From Mesotaenium endlicherianum (taxonomy: Eukaryota), in contig WELA01003501.1 in the NCBI GenBank assembly GCA_009602735.1, positions 3,787 through 64,516 on the forward strand: DNA of 60,730 nt. The letters run 5' to 3'. Under the pieces are notes generated by a model that was not told where the DNA came from, did no database searches, and saw only the letters and a list, made by a program, of their open reading frames with translations. Positions 1 to 11,204 of the stretch are shown piece after piece (position 1 is the stretch's first letter; every line of letters begins with the position of its first letter). The position numbers were made by a program, and so were the translations under genes.

Positions 1-1355
1 AATCTGGCCACATACTTGGCCAACTTGGTGCAACACCCCAGTGCACCCTCTCTTGAGCTTCTCATGAGTTCCTCTTGAGCTTGCGAGTGCTATGCCCGCC
101 AAAGCTTCTAGACTTGCAAGTACACATGCTTGCTAAGTCCCTGGTTGCCTACCCTTAAAATCTGCTCCACCTTCATTGAAGATCTGAAATAAAGATGGGC
201 ACACACTCCTTTCTAGCCACTATCACCTCTATGCTAAGCCCCCTCATCAAAGAAAGAGCTTAACACTAAAGCTTGCATCTTCAAGGAAAAATCCAGCCGT
301 GTGAACTCCAGAATTTCTTCATGCTCATATGTCTCCATACTCAAGCAAAGGCTGCTCTATATTACTTATATCACTACCATGCTTGGGCAACCTCCTTATA
401 CTACAAAGAAGACGTACAAAAATCTGGTTGCATCCAAATTAACACTACTTGGAGTACCTCCCACTTCCCATCTCCTCCCTCCTTCAAGAGAGTGAGATGC
501 AAGCTTGCATCAACGTCTTCATGGCTGCCTTTAGCAACTTTCCTTGCTTCTCCTCTCTACCCTCTCTACACTCCTACAAGCATCACCAACCAAAGCTCCT
601 CCTCCAAATGAAGCAACTAGGTAGCTCCGATACCATGTGAAAGGGGGAAGGGTGCGGGGAGTGCGCCCATACACACTCACGCACCCTCACCCGCGAGTGG
701 AAGCGTGCACGAGGACCTTTCCTAGTTGCATACACAAGGTGGAGTGGCCTGGTGGTATGCCATCCCTTGCAAGAGTTAGAGGGCTACATGAGAGAGGAGT
801 GGAAAAGAACTCACTTTATTAAGAAAAGTCGTGTACAAGATAAGAAGGTTAGACAAGAATAGAATAAGCCCCCTCTACTTCCTTGTGCTTCCCATTTATC
901 CTTTAACTCTAAGTGTCCTCTCTAGCAAAGTACCTCCAGAACCTTCTCCTATGGCTCCTTCCATGTAGGTGACCTTGCCTAGTTGGACAAGCTAGCACAC
1001 TCACACGCACACAATCACACTCTAGAATATTCTACTACACAATCCACTAACTCCTCACGGAGTTTCTAGAAAATCTCCGATCACTTTGGCACTCTACGTA
1101 ATTGTACGTACTTTCTGGAACCCTCATGTTTCAATGTCTTACATCCTGGACTCCAACCGAAATTTTCGTCGCTGGACCTGTCCTTGTCACTAAATAGAAT
1201 ATGTGACATTAAAAACTCACTAAAAACTTCCAAAATTCATAACTATCTCAATACTTGTTCAAATGATGTGAAATAAAGGCCAAAGTTCTTTTAAAATCAC
1301 ACTCTATGCACATAAAATACTAGAAAGAAACAAACTACACTTTCATAACCTTACA
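1..1355 (-). mobile_element. Family A non-autonomous LTR retrotransposon, copy A1 (5' end only: decayed internal region, PBS, 5' LTR 638-1355)
   Basis: LTR 638-1355 (TGAAAGG...CCTTACA) is repeated at 5906-6604, 23452-23663 and 30377-31038. Minus-strand PBS TGGTATCGGAGCTAC at 621-635. 1-635 matches 10017-10082 plus 22868-23449. The right end abuts an interrupted family B integrase (…RARFTG|). Confidence 0.9.
621..635 (-). promoter_or_regulatory. Primer binding site (tRNA-iMet type) of A1
   Basis: Reverse complement TGGTATCGGAGCTAC lies 2 nt from the LTR end. Confidence 0.9.
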
Positions 1356-3155
1356 CCTGTAAATCGTGCCCGTAGTTTCCTCTTGCCTGTGAAAGGTAGA
1401 TTCACTACTGACAAGAGTACTTTGTCACCCACATGGAATGTCACTTCCCTCCTGTGCTTGTTAGCATGCTTAACCTGCTCCTCCTGTGCCTTTCGAATAC
1501 ACGTCTTCGCCATATCCCAAGTCTTGCCCATCTGCTCCATAAATGCTTGTGTAGTAGGAACCTGAGTCTCTTTGGCTTTCTCCAACAAGATGTTCCCTGG
1601 GTGATGTACTTCTCTTCCATAAACCATAGCGAATGATGACTGCTTGGTTGAATTGTTGCAGAAACTCCATCCACCTTGCCTTGTTCAGCTCCCACTATGT
1701 GCCCAAGAAACTCAACTTTCTTGAGACAGAAGTCGCACTTGCTCACTTCCCATATAACTATCGATCTCTCAAGACCTCCAACACCTTCCTCAGATGCTCC
1801 ACATGCTCTTCCAAGGTCTTCGAGTAGATCAGGATGTCGTCCAAAAATACCACCACAAACTGGTCCAACGAGGGTTTGAAGATACTATTCATGAGTCCTA
1901 TGAATGTAGCAGGTGCATTAATCATCCTAAAAGGCATGACTGTAAACTCAAATAAGCCATAGCGAGTCCTGAAAGCAGTCTTCTGAACATCTCCTTCCGC
2001 AATTCGTACCTGGTGATAGCCACTCCTCAAATCAATCTTCGAGAAATACTTTGCTCCGACAAGCGTGTCAATCAACTCGTCCACTCGTGGAAGTGGGTAC
2101 CTGTTCTTGATCGTGATCTTGTTCAGCGCCCGGTAGTCGACACACATCCTCATAGTCCCATCCTTCTTCTTCCCAAATAAGACTGGCGCTGCAAATGGAG
2201 ACTTGCTGGGTTGAATGAATCCTTTTTCCAATAACTCGGTCAATTGCTTGTTCGACTCATCCAACTCCGCAAATGATTGTCGATAGGCGGGTCTCAGTGG
2301 CGGCTTGCTCCCTGGTTCCAACTCGATCTTGTGCTCCATAGCTCTCTGTGGAGGTAATCCTGCAGGTAGCTCCTCAAGAAAAGCCCACTTGAATTCCTCC
2401 AACAGCGCCTTGATTTGGGCAGGCATCTCAGCAAGCTTCTTCTCTTGAGCAGTTGGGCTCTGCTCCATCTGAGCAAGGGGATCAGACACCACTACTTGCT
2501 CCTCCGGCGATGTACATTTGCTCAGGCTGATAGGATTCACGCTTGCTCCATCTGATGACCTGGCCAGGGCCACCAAAACAAGGTATATCTCCTTCACCTG
2601 ATTCGTCCTGCAGAGCTTCTTAACTTGCAGGCTCGACAGAAGACAGTTACTTGTGGTCGTATCTACCTCCACCTGTTTCGCTGTATCCATTTGACCATCA
2701 CGCCCTTGGACTTTCACTTGTCCTGTGCTCCAGTGCACTTGAGGGTTGGCTTTCCTCAGCCATGGTCGGCCCAATATCACCTCATGGTGACCCAACTCTG
2801 CCTGCTCCATAACTTCCGTACTCTGGTGCCCCGCTACTTCCACGTGAATAGCTTCCGTAGGTGCACCACACTTGAGTCTCTGCCCATTCGCCAAAATTGC
2901 CTCCTTAGGCTCATAATGCTTCTGCACAGGGATTTGCCACTCTTTCACCAGCTTCTTGTGCACAAAGTTTGCACTTACGCCACTGTCGACCATACACTTT
3001 GCCTTGTTGCCGTTGACTACTCCTTCCACGATGATAGGCTTGTCAACATCTCGTCTTTCGCTTCTCGGCAGGCTCCTGGGGATAACTTCCTTGTGAGTTC
3101 TCGTCTTCACGCCAGTAGACACCCCAGAACGACTTACTGGCGTCCTCCTTTTTCC
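1356..3155 (-). pseudogene. pol: B1 pol remnant (aspartic protease, RT, integrase C-terminal fragment; RNase H and integrase core deleted)
   Basis: ORF 1758..3218 contains MVDSG (protease), [17 protein letters not shown] and FLDDILIYS (RT). ORF 1343..1627 matches the integrase GPF region of B2. Confidence 0.92.
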
Positions 3156-4162
3156 TGTTGTTGAAGTTGCTTCGCCTTCACACGACAATCTCGAGCCAGA
3201 TGTCCAAGCTTGCCGCATTTATAGCAGAGTCCTCTCGGCTTGTAATTCTGTTGCATGCGCTTGCTTTGGACAAGTCCCAACTCCATAGGTACTGGACCTT
3301 GAACACTCGTGCTTGGCGCTTGAGATCCAAAGCGTCGATGTCCTCCAAAGTTGTGGCTGCCCCACTGCCTCTGACTATACTCCACAGCGTCAACCCTTAT
3401 TACCAATGCCATCATTTCTCCAAGACTGGTAGGGTCCTTGAGCGCCACTTCCTTGGCCACAATTGGCTTAAGTCCCCTCTTGAACTTGTCCATCATCTCC
3501 GACTCGTGCATGGATGGACATTGAAGAACCAGCTCGTTGAAGCGCAAAACATACTCCTGAACGCTTGCTCGTTGACGAAGGCGCACCAATAGATCTCGAG
3601 CGGTAGCCTCGGGTGCAATAGGTTGACATTGCCTCTTCAAAACTTCAAAGAGCTGATCAACAGTAGTAGGAACTGCAGACAGCTGCTCTTTTTGCTCATA
3701 CCAAGCTCTAGCACTCTTCTTCAGCAAAGTAATCACAAAGGCGACTTGCCTGTTGGGCGTGAGCGCAGAATACTCCATAAACTTTTTCACTCCAAAAATC
3801 CATTGATGAACAGGGGGCAATCCACGCTCCCCAATATACACTTCAAGCTTAGGCGCACGCATTCCCGATGGGGGCGGAATAATCGGTTGCACCACTGGTT
3901 GAACATGTATAGGTGGTATAGCAGGTGCAAGTGCCGAACTTGTCGAAGCGACGTTTCCAACCACAGCTCGCACCATTCTCTCCACCTTCTGGCGCATATT
4001 TTGTTAAAATTGTGTGTAGACTTCTCCTCCAATTGTGTTTGCCATCTGCCTCAATATCGCCTGCATCTCTTGTTGCTCTCTTGACAAAGGTGGTGCCGTC
4101 TGCTCCAAGCGCTCAACATGCTCGACATGTTCACCTTCTCCAGTTGCCGACTGCAACTCCAT
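3134..4162 (-). pseudogene. gag: B1 gag (retrotransposon capsid domain plus CCHC zinc knuckle)
   Basis: ORF 3134..3997 contains LRQRASVQEYVLRF, GPVPMELG and [14 protein letters not shown]. The ATG at 4162 is homologous to the B2 ATG at 15834; the 5' part is disrupted. Confidence 0.88.
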
Positions 4163-4199
4163 AATATAATATGCAAACTAGCCCAGCTCCGATACCAGA

Positions 4200-4921
4200 T
4201 GAAAGGGGCAGAGTGGCCTAGTAGAAGCGTAGTGACTCACGAGAAAAATGACTAGTTGCAATCATACTAAAGAGTGCAGCGGCATGTCACTAAGTAAGCT
4301 TATGAAAATTACTCAGCATTTTGAGTAGCAAAAAGTGCTCACAAATGGACTAGGATGAAAGGTCACATCATTACAAACTCGTAGAATTTTACGGAAGTGA
4401 AAACTGATAAGAAACGAAGAAGTTATGCCTATTTATAGTTTTCTGCCAAAGTGCTCATCTCTAGGAGGAAGCTACGGAATTTTCTAAGTGTTTGTCAATT
4501 TATCCCTTCTTGAATATTCGAGAGTATGCCTGATCAGCCTCATCTGGTATGTCGAGTCAAATTGACATCCACATACATGCATCGACATTACTAGAATATC
4601 CTATCTTAGGCGCGCTAGGCTAAACTGAAACATCTAGGTAAATCGACCTAGTCGGCACTTCGCGTCAGCCAAACTTACGTGAGGTTCGACTGCTCCACGC
4701 TGTCGGTCAATCCGACGGTCGCGCTCACCGCGAATTAAGGTCAGTCGTCAACCGACCTCAAAACTAATTGAACTTTGAAAATCCATAACTCTGTCAATAC
4801 TTGACCAAATTTGATGAACTTTATATCAAAATGACCACAAACATGCACTCTACACTAGTATGCAATTAGAATATACTTTCAAGGAACTATAAAACACACT
4901 TTATAAACCTATGACCTTACA
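4200..4921 (-). repeat. 5' LTR of B1
   Basis: TGAAAGGGG...GACCTTACA, homologous to 10450-11217, 15872-16616, 29619-30376 (inverted) and 47662-48405. PBS is adjacent. Confidence 0.93.
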
Positions 4922-5905
4922 ATCTTCTAATCTGGACTTAACCTCCACCACCATTTTGTCCTTCTGACAAACAAAGTGCACATCGGTGCACTTTAAGATT
5001 GCAATCTTCTAGTAAGCATCATATTTCCAAATAGGCATTTGCCTAAGTTGAAGGCACACATGTGCACAAATTTGGTTTGCAGAAATCACGTCTAAGCAAG
5101 TCAACAAGCAACGCCAAGTTCCAGAGAAAATTGCCCACCAGTATTTACGCTTAACTTTCACAAAGTCACATCCTACAAAATTATGAAACTACAGTGTCTA
5201 TGCCGGCGTGGCTTGAGTCTTTGCTCACAACCGCGCCTAGCGGTTCTTCAGCGCTGGCTGGGCTCACTCGATTATTCACTGAGGGCTAATCTTGCTAAAC
5301 CTGCTCTTGCTTTTCCAGCAATTCGATAATTGAGACTTCTTAGAACTTGGACACTAACACAGCACTCACCATTTTATGTGTTCTTTTTTGAGTCTTCACA
5401 CACTTGTAATGGTTGGTTTGAAATTATGCTCAGATCCACTAAAGGATCCTATCTGCAAGCTCTCATCTTCTTTCAAGCAGAACTTCCTTCTTGGGAACTC
5501 CTAAATCCTAAGTTTTCTATGATACAAAGAGAAAATATATTCAGCGTCGACAGAAGCGTGCCTTTTCGAGCTCCTTGTGGCCTCGAAAACTCTTTCTCCT
5601 TTGCGCTCACTCTCTTCTTCTCAACCTTTCTCCTTTGTCTTTCTTTTTGCTCATTTGCCAAAATGTGCGAGGTAAGAATGAGGCTCAAGTGTGCGTGCTT
5701 GTACCTATCTCAGGCACCACACAAGCACCTGCTTTTGAAAGTGCCGAGCCTTAGTCATCGACTTGCATGCAGTTTTTGTCATTGTTGCTCGTGACAGCTG
5801 AAGTTATTTGACGTCACTTAGCATGCCTCGTGACCGTTGCGCGTGACAACTTAGCCTTTCGATCAATATGTGTGCCTACGTGGCCTCTAAGCCTATGTCT
5901 ACAGA

Positions 5906-6604
5906 TGAAAAGGAGAAGGGTGCGGGGAGTGCGCCCATACACACTCACGCACCCTCACCCGCGAGTGGAAGCGTGCACGAGGACCTTTCCTAGTTGCATA
6001 CACAAGGTGGAGTGGCTTGGTGGTATGCCACCCTTGCAAGAGTTAGAGGGCTACATGAGAGAAGAGTGGAAAAGAACTCACCTCATTAAGAAAAGTTGTG
6101 TACAAGATAAGAAGGTTAGATTAGACTACACATGACTCCCTCTACTTCTTTGTGCTTCCCATTCATACTTTAAATCTAAGTGTCCTCTCTAGCAAAGTAC
6201 CTTCAGAACCTTATCCTATGGCTCCTTCCATATAGGTGACCTTGCCTAGTTGGACAAGCTAGCACACTCACACGCACACAATCACACTCTAGAATATTCT
6301 ACTACACCATCCACTAACTCTCACGGAGTTTCTAGAAATTCCACTATCACTTTGGCACTCCACGTGATTGTGCGTAGTTTCTGGAACCCTCATGATTCAA
6401 TGTCCTACATTCTGGACTCCAACCAAAATTCTCGTCACTAAACCTGTCACTAAATTGAATCTGTGACACTAAAATTTCACTAAAAATTCCCAAAACTCAT
6501 AACTTTCTCAATACTTGTCCAAATGACTTGAAATAAAGGCCAAAGTTCTTCTAAAATCACACTCTATGCTAGAAAAATACAAACTACACTTTCATAATCT
6601 TACA
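5906..6604 (-). repeat. 3' LTR of A2
   Basis: Matches 638-1355 along its length; PPT at 6605-6621. Confidence 0.92.
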
Positions 6605-7158
6605 CCATCCCTCTCCTCAAGATGCGACGTCCTCGACGCATACTAAGCATATGGACGTCGTATGAGGAATCGAGCTCACATATACGCTAGACAAACACAT
6701 TTACACATATATTATACAAGTTGCAAGCCTTGAACAGGCTCCAGGATGATGCTCAATACTTCAAATTACTCCACGTAGTAAAAGCTCTATCGCACACATT
6801 GGCTCCACACATGGCGTCTTCTAACACAAGTGAATCTTCTCTTCAATTTTTTCGTCTCGGAATAGGCCAATATCTTCATAAAAGCTGTAACATACTCCCT
6901 CCATCACCTCCACATACTCCAAAGCTGGATCCAATGCATAGTAGTCCGCCAAATCGCAAAAATACTCATTTTTTGCCCTGTTGGACAAGTGGCAACTCCT
7001 CGTCGCGCCATGTGGCTTAGTCGTAGTCCTCTTATAATTTTGACCAGATTACATCAAGAACCTGACTCCACTATGTTCCTGAATCTTCTGGTACCCTTGG
7101 CTATCTCTAACTCTAAGCCAAACTTTTTCTAGAGGTAATGCACTCTCTCACCCGTGTG

Positions 7159-7977
7159 CTTAGTTATGGGATACTCGCGTATTGATAGGTTAGCCGCGTA
7201 TTACGCGGCGTATTACTATGTATTTGCAAAATACGTATAATAGGCATAATAATAAATTAAGTAGGTCCTCTTCGCTCTTTTTCGTCCACTTTATTTGTTT
7301 TAAATTACATCGACTCGAATTTCACTTCAACTGTCAGTCCGCGCACGTACGACGGATCGGCTCCGACTGAGACTCGTTTCGACATTCAAAACATCGCGGC
7401 AAATGGTGGCAAATGGCGGCTTCCTAGCAAAACGAAAGGCCGCGGGCTAACCGGGTCGAGCGATAATGGGTCGTCAGATTGGACGGACCAGGGAGCGCCA
7501 CACAGGCACCCTGTTGACAAAAAACGACAGCGAGGGGTGACGACGGGCCAAGAAAAACCAAGGCCCCCCTTCGCTGACAAACTGGGGTAGGCGACGGGTA
7601 CAGGCTCGTCAGAACCACCCCTGCCACCCAACGACCTGGGCCAAGGGAGTCCCTGGCCCGGTCGACAACAAAGAGGCCAAAAAGGCCTCGGCGCCCGACT
7701 CCCAAGTGTTCCGAGTCCCCAGCACTCCCGACTCCTGACTCACGAGTCCCTCGACACCCACTTCCCGCCTAAAAGGCAGTGATTGGACACGAGCCCGTCA
7801 TTTTTTCGGTCAGGTTGTACAGATCAACGGATTTTGAGCTTCCCACACGCGCGGCCGATTTATACGTCGATTTATATGCCGACACACGTATCTAACACGT
7901 TTAACGGTCTAGGTTGACGAAATACGTGTGTACGTATGCGTTTTACGTATACGACAAAAACGTATTCCATAATTAGG
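7159..7977. mobile_element. Non-autonomous DNA transposon (MITE, hAT-like by 8-bp TSD)
   Basis: Imperfect 16-bp TIRs CTTAGTTATGGGATAC / (rc) CCTAATTATGGAATAC. Flanking 8-mers CCCGTGTG (7151-7158) and CTCGTGTG (7978-7985). Subterminal CGTA-rich repeats and a GC-rich core unlike the surrounding A2 sequence. Confidence 0.7.
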
Positions 7978-10900
7978 CTCGTGTGCGTGACTCGTGGTGG
8001 CCTCTCAAGACGCCAAGTGGCACCTCCTGACTTTTTTTGACATTTTTAGCCTGAAAGTTATGCAATCTACATAGTATCACCCCTCTAAACTCACTGGTAT
8101 GCTTTGTTTCCCCTGATTTAAAGTCTAAGATCATGAAATCAGATTACGCCTTGCCTCACACATGTGGCTCCCACGGCAGTCCAGCAAATCGCCATGTGGC
8201 ACTGTCAGAAATTACATCAATATTTTTATTAGAAAATACTTTTTCTAAATCTCAACCCATAGGACTACCTCTCCACAAAATTTCAGAATCTGAATCAAAG
8301 TGTAGTTCTTAAACGAGATAGTCACTTTGTGCCTCACGCTTGTAGGACGCACACGCGCGCAACACGTATCAAGCTCCCGCGCCTCCAAATGGCACAAGCT
8401 TAAACCCCTGATTCTGAGGGCAGGCCTTGTACCAGGTCTATCACCTCATGTAGGACTCCTAGGAGAAATATTTCTCACTCTCTCTAAAATAGGCAAAAAG
8501 TAGCCACAATCTGCAAACTTTTACCCTCGCGCTCGCCTACCCGTAAAACCCTCAAACATGGACAGATTTGAGTATCTTCCAAGCTCTTGCTCTCCAAATT
8601 CTTTCCACTGCACATCTCTTAGTTACAAATGAACTCATGGGACTGGCTTGACCTTTGTTACAAGCACTATAAACAACTATAACACTCCCCCCCCTCATCA
8701 TGAAGGTAAGGCGCTTACCACTCAAGTGTCCAAGTCCATATTTTACGCCTCTCTCGTGCTTGCTTATATAGGCGCTGATTCTCCTAGCTTCATGTCCAGG
8801 TCTTTGTCATATATCTCCATCTTAGGTTGGACATATCAGCCCCATAACACTTGGTCTCCTCCTCATAGGTCCATATCCATAAAGTCGTAGTCTCCATCAA
8901 GCGACAATAATAATCTTCACAAGGCATGAGCGCGTAGTCTCGCTCGTGGTGCACCAAACTCCATCATAGTCTTTTTCTTGGCTAGATGCTCACTCCCACA
9001 TACCTCTGGCTCTTCTTGAAGGTCAGCCTTCACACAAGGCTCCAAGAAACACATCTGGAACGCCTCCAAGAGCTCCATAACTTGGGCATACGCACATACT
9101 CTTAGTGCTTGCACCTCATCTTGTGCACGCACACACGTCGTCTTGCAAGCGGGCTTCTCTTGAGCTCACTTTCTAGGAGCTCCTCCACTTGAGCAGTTGG
9201 AGTCTGCTCTATATATGAGCAAGGGGATCATACACCTCTACTTGCTCCACCGGCGATGCGCGCTCGCCAAGGTTGTTAGGAGGCACGCTTGCTCCGTGTG
9301 ATGACCGGGCCAAGGTCACCAAAACAAGCGCTTCTCCTTCACCTTCACCTTCCCGCGTCGCTTCTTTGCTAGCGGGCTGAAGATAGCTACTTGTGGTCTT
9401 ATCTACCTCCACCTGTTTCACTATCTTCACTTGACCATACTCCTCCTCGGTCTTCACTTGACCCGTGCACTAAAGCACTAGAGGATAGGCTACTCTCTTT
9501 GTGCAACTCCTTCCACATGCTTAGCTTCTTGAGTGCACTCTAGCCTTGGTCACCCCAATGACACTTTTTACTACTAAACCCAGCTTGCCTTGGTGCTCTA
9601 CTTTCACATGAAGAGCTTCCATAGATGCACCAAAATCTGCCCCTTAGCTATGCCAACACACAACTATTGGCACACGCACTTCTAGTGGAAGACATCTCTT
9701 GCACTAGCCCTCTTGCACCAACTTCTTACCTTGCTTCTTCTTCCACATCATAGGCTTGTCTATATCATAGCTCTCAACTTGAAGTAATCTTTAGTAGTCT
9801 CTTCCATAAGATTTTTAAAAAAAAACACTTGAAAGGCTCCATCTCCAACTATCTTGCTTGAAGAAAAAATCTGCGTCATTTCTTCTTGCTCCAAGCCTTC
9901 TCCACGGCGCTTCTCTTCACTTGAGGCTTCTCCAATCTCCATACAAAGTGCCAATCTCCATCATGGCTGGCCAATAATATCTAGTGGCTATATAGGAGTA
10001 ATGCAAGGCAACCCAAATCTGGCCACATACTTGGCCAACTTGGTGCAACACCCCGGTGCACCCTCTCTTGAGCTTCTCATGATGTAGTGATTTGAGTTAT
10101 TATATATTAGTTTGCATATCTTTTAATGTTTTCAAATATATTTGGAGTAGTATTGTGTGGATTCAAGTGTGAATAGGTACTCTAGTGACTTGGTTTATGT
10201 CCTTTGAATCTTCGAAGGCATTTTCGAAGTTAGAGGAAAGACCTAGAAGAACTCCACGTGGCAAAAGTCAAATATGCCATTTTTAGGTCAAAAGGACATG
10301 TGTACATTATTCTAGAAAGGTGTGGCAAGTTTTGGGATGTGTTGGGTGCCAACACATCAACATTCACCTTCCTAGAAATTACTTATGTAGCAAGTATATA
10401 AATAAGAGCTAGAACATAGAAAGACATTGAAGAATCACTCTTGTACTTGTGAAAGGGGCAATGTGCCCTCGTGGAAGCGTAGTGACTCACGAGGAACAAA
10501 GCTGGTTGCAATCATACTCAAGAGTGCAGCGGCATGTTGCTAAGAAAGCTTAGGAAAATTACTTGACATTTTGAGTGGCAAGAAACTGCTCACAAATGAT
10601 GTAGGATGAAAGGCCTTGTCATTACAAACCCGTAGGAATTTACAGAAGTGAAAACTGATGAGAAACAAAGAAGTTATGCCTATTTATAATTTTCTGCCTA
10701 AATGCTCCTCTCTAGGAGGAAGTTACGGATTTTCCGAAGTGTTCGTCAAATCGTCCCTTCCAGAATATTCGTGAGTAAACCAGATCAGTCTAATCTGACG
10801 TGTCGGGCCGAATTGACGTCCACATACATGCATCGACATTACTAGAATATTCTATCTTAGACGCGCTAGGTTGAACCGAAACTTCTAGGTAAATCGACCT

Positions 10901-11204
10901 AGTCGGCACTTCGCGTCAGCCGAACTTACGTGAAGGTTCGAGTTCATTCTAACGGGCCAGATCGCTCGACGCTGTCGATCAATCCGACGGTCGCGCTNTC
11001 GATCAATCCGACGGTCGCGCTTACCGCGGATTAAGGACAGTCGTCAACCGACCTCAAAAACTAAATAAACTTCAGAAATCCGTAACTCTCTCAATACTGG
11101 ACCAAATTCGATAAACTTTATGTCAAAATAACCACAAAAATGCACTCTACATGAATGTACAATCAAAACATAATTTTATGAAACTCAAAGTGCACTTTAT
11201 AAAC

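Larger units (their letters stand above)
1356..4921 (-). mobile_element. Family B Ty3/Gypsy chromovirus, copy B1 (internally deleted, interrupted by A1)
   Basis: 5' LTR 4200-4921, PBS 4183-4197, then gag, protease, RT and an integrase fragment collinear with the fuller copy B2 (10450-16616). Confidence 0.93.

Noticed and set aside
2625..4084. Long plus-strand ORFs opposite B gag/pol (also 14452..15260)
   Set aside because: Antisense shadows of coding sequence with no independent motifs.
10654..10666. CTGATGAGAAAC resembling a hammerhead ribozyme core
   Set aside because: No stem II between CTGATGA and GAAA, and most other B LTRs read CTGATAA.
10975..11022. Tandem duplication in the B2 3' LTR
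   Set aside because: Centred on an n and absent from the 5' LTR; likely a contig-overlap artefact.
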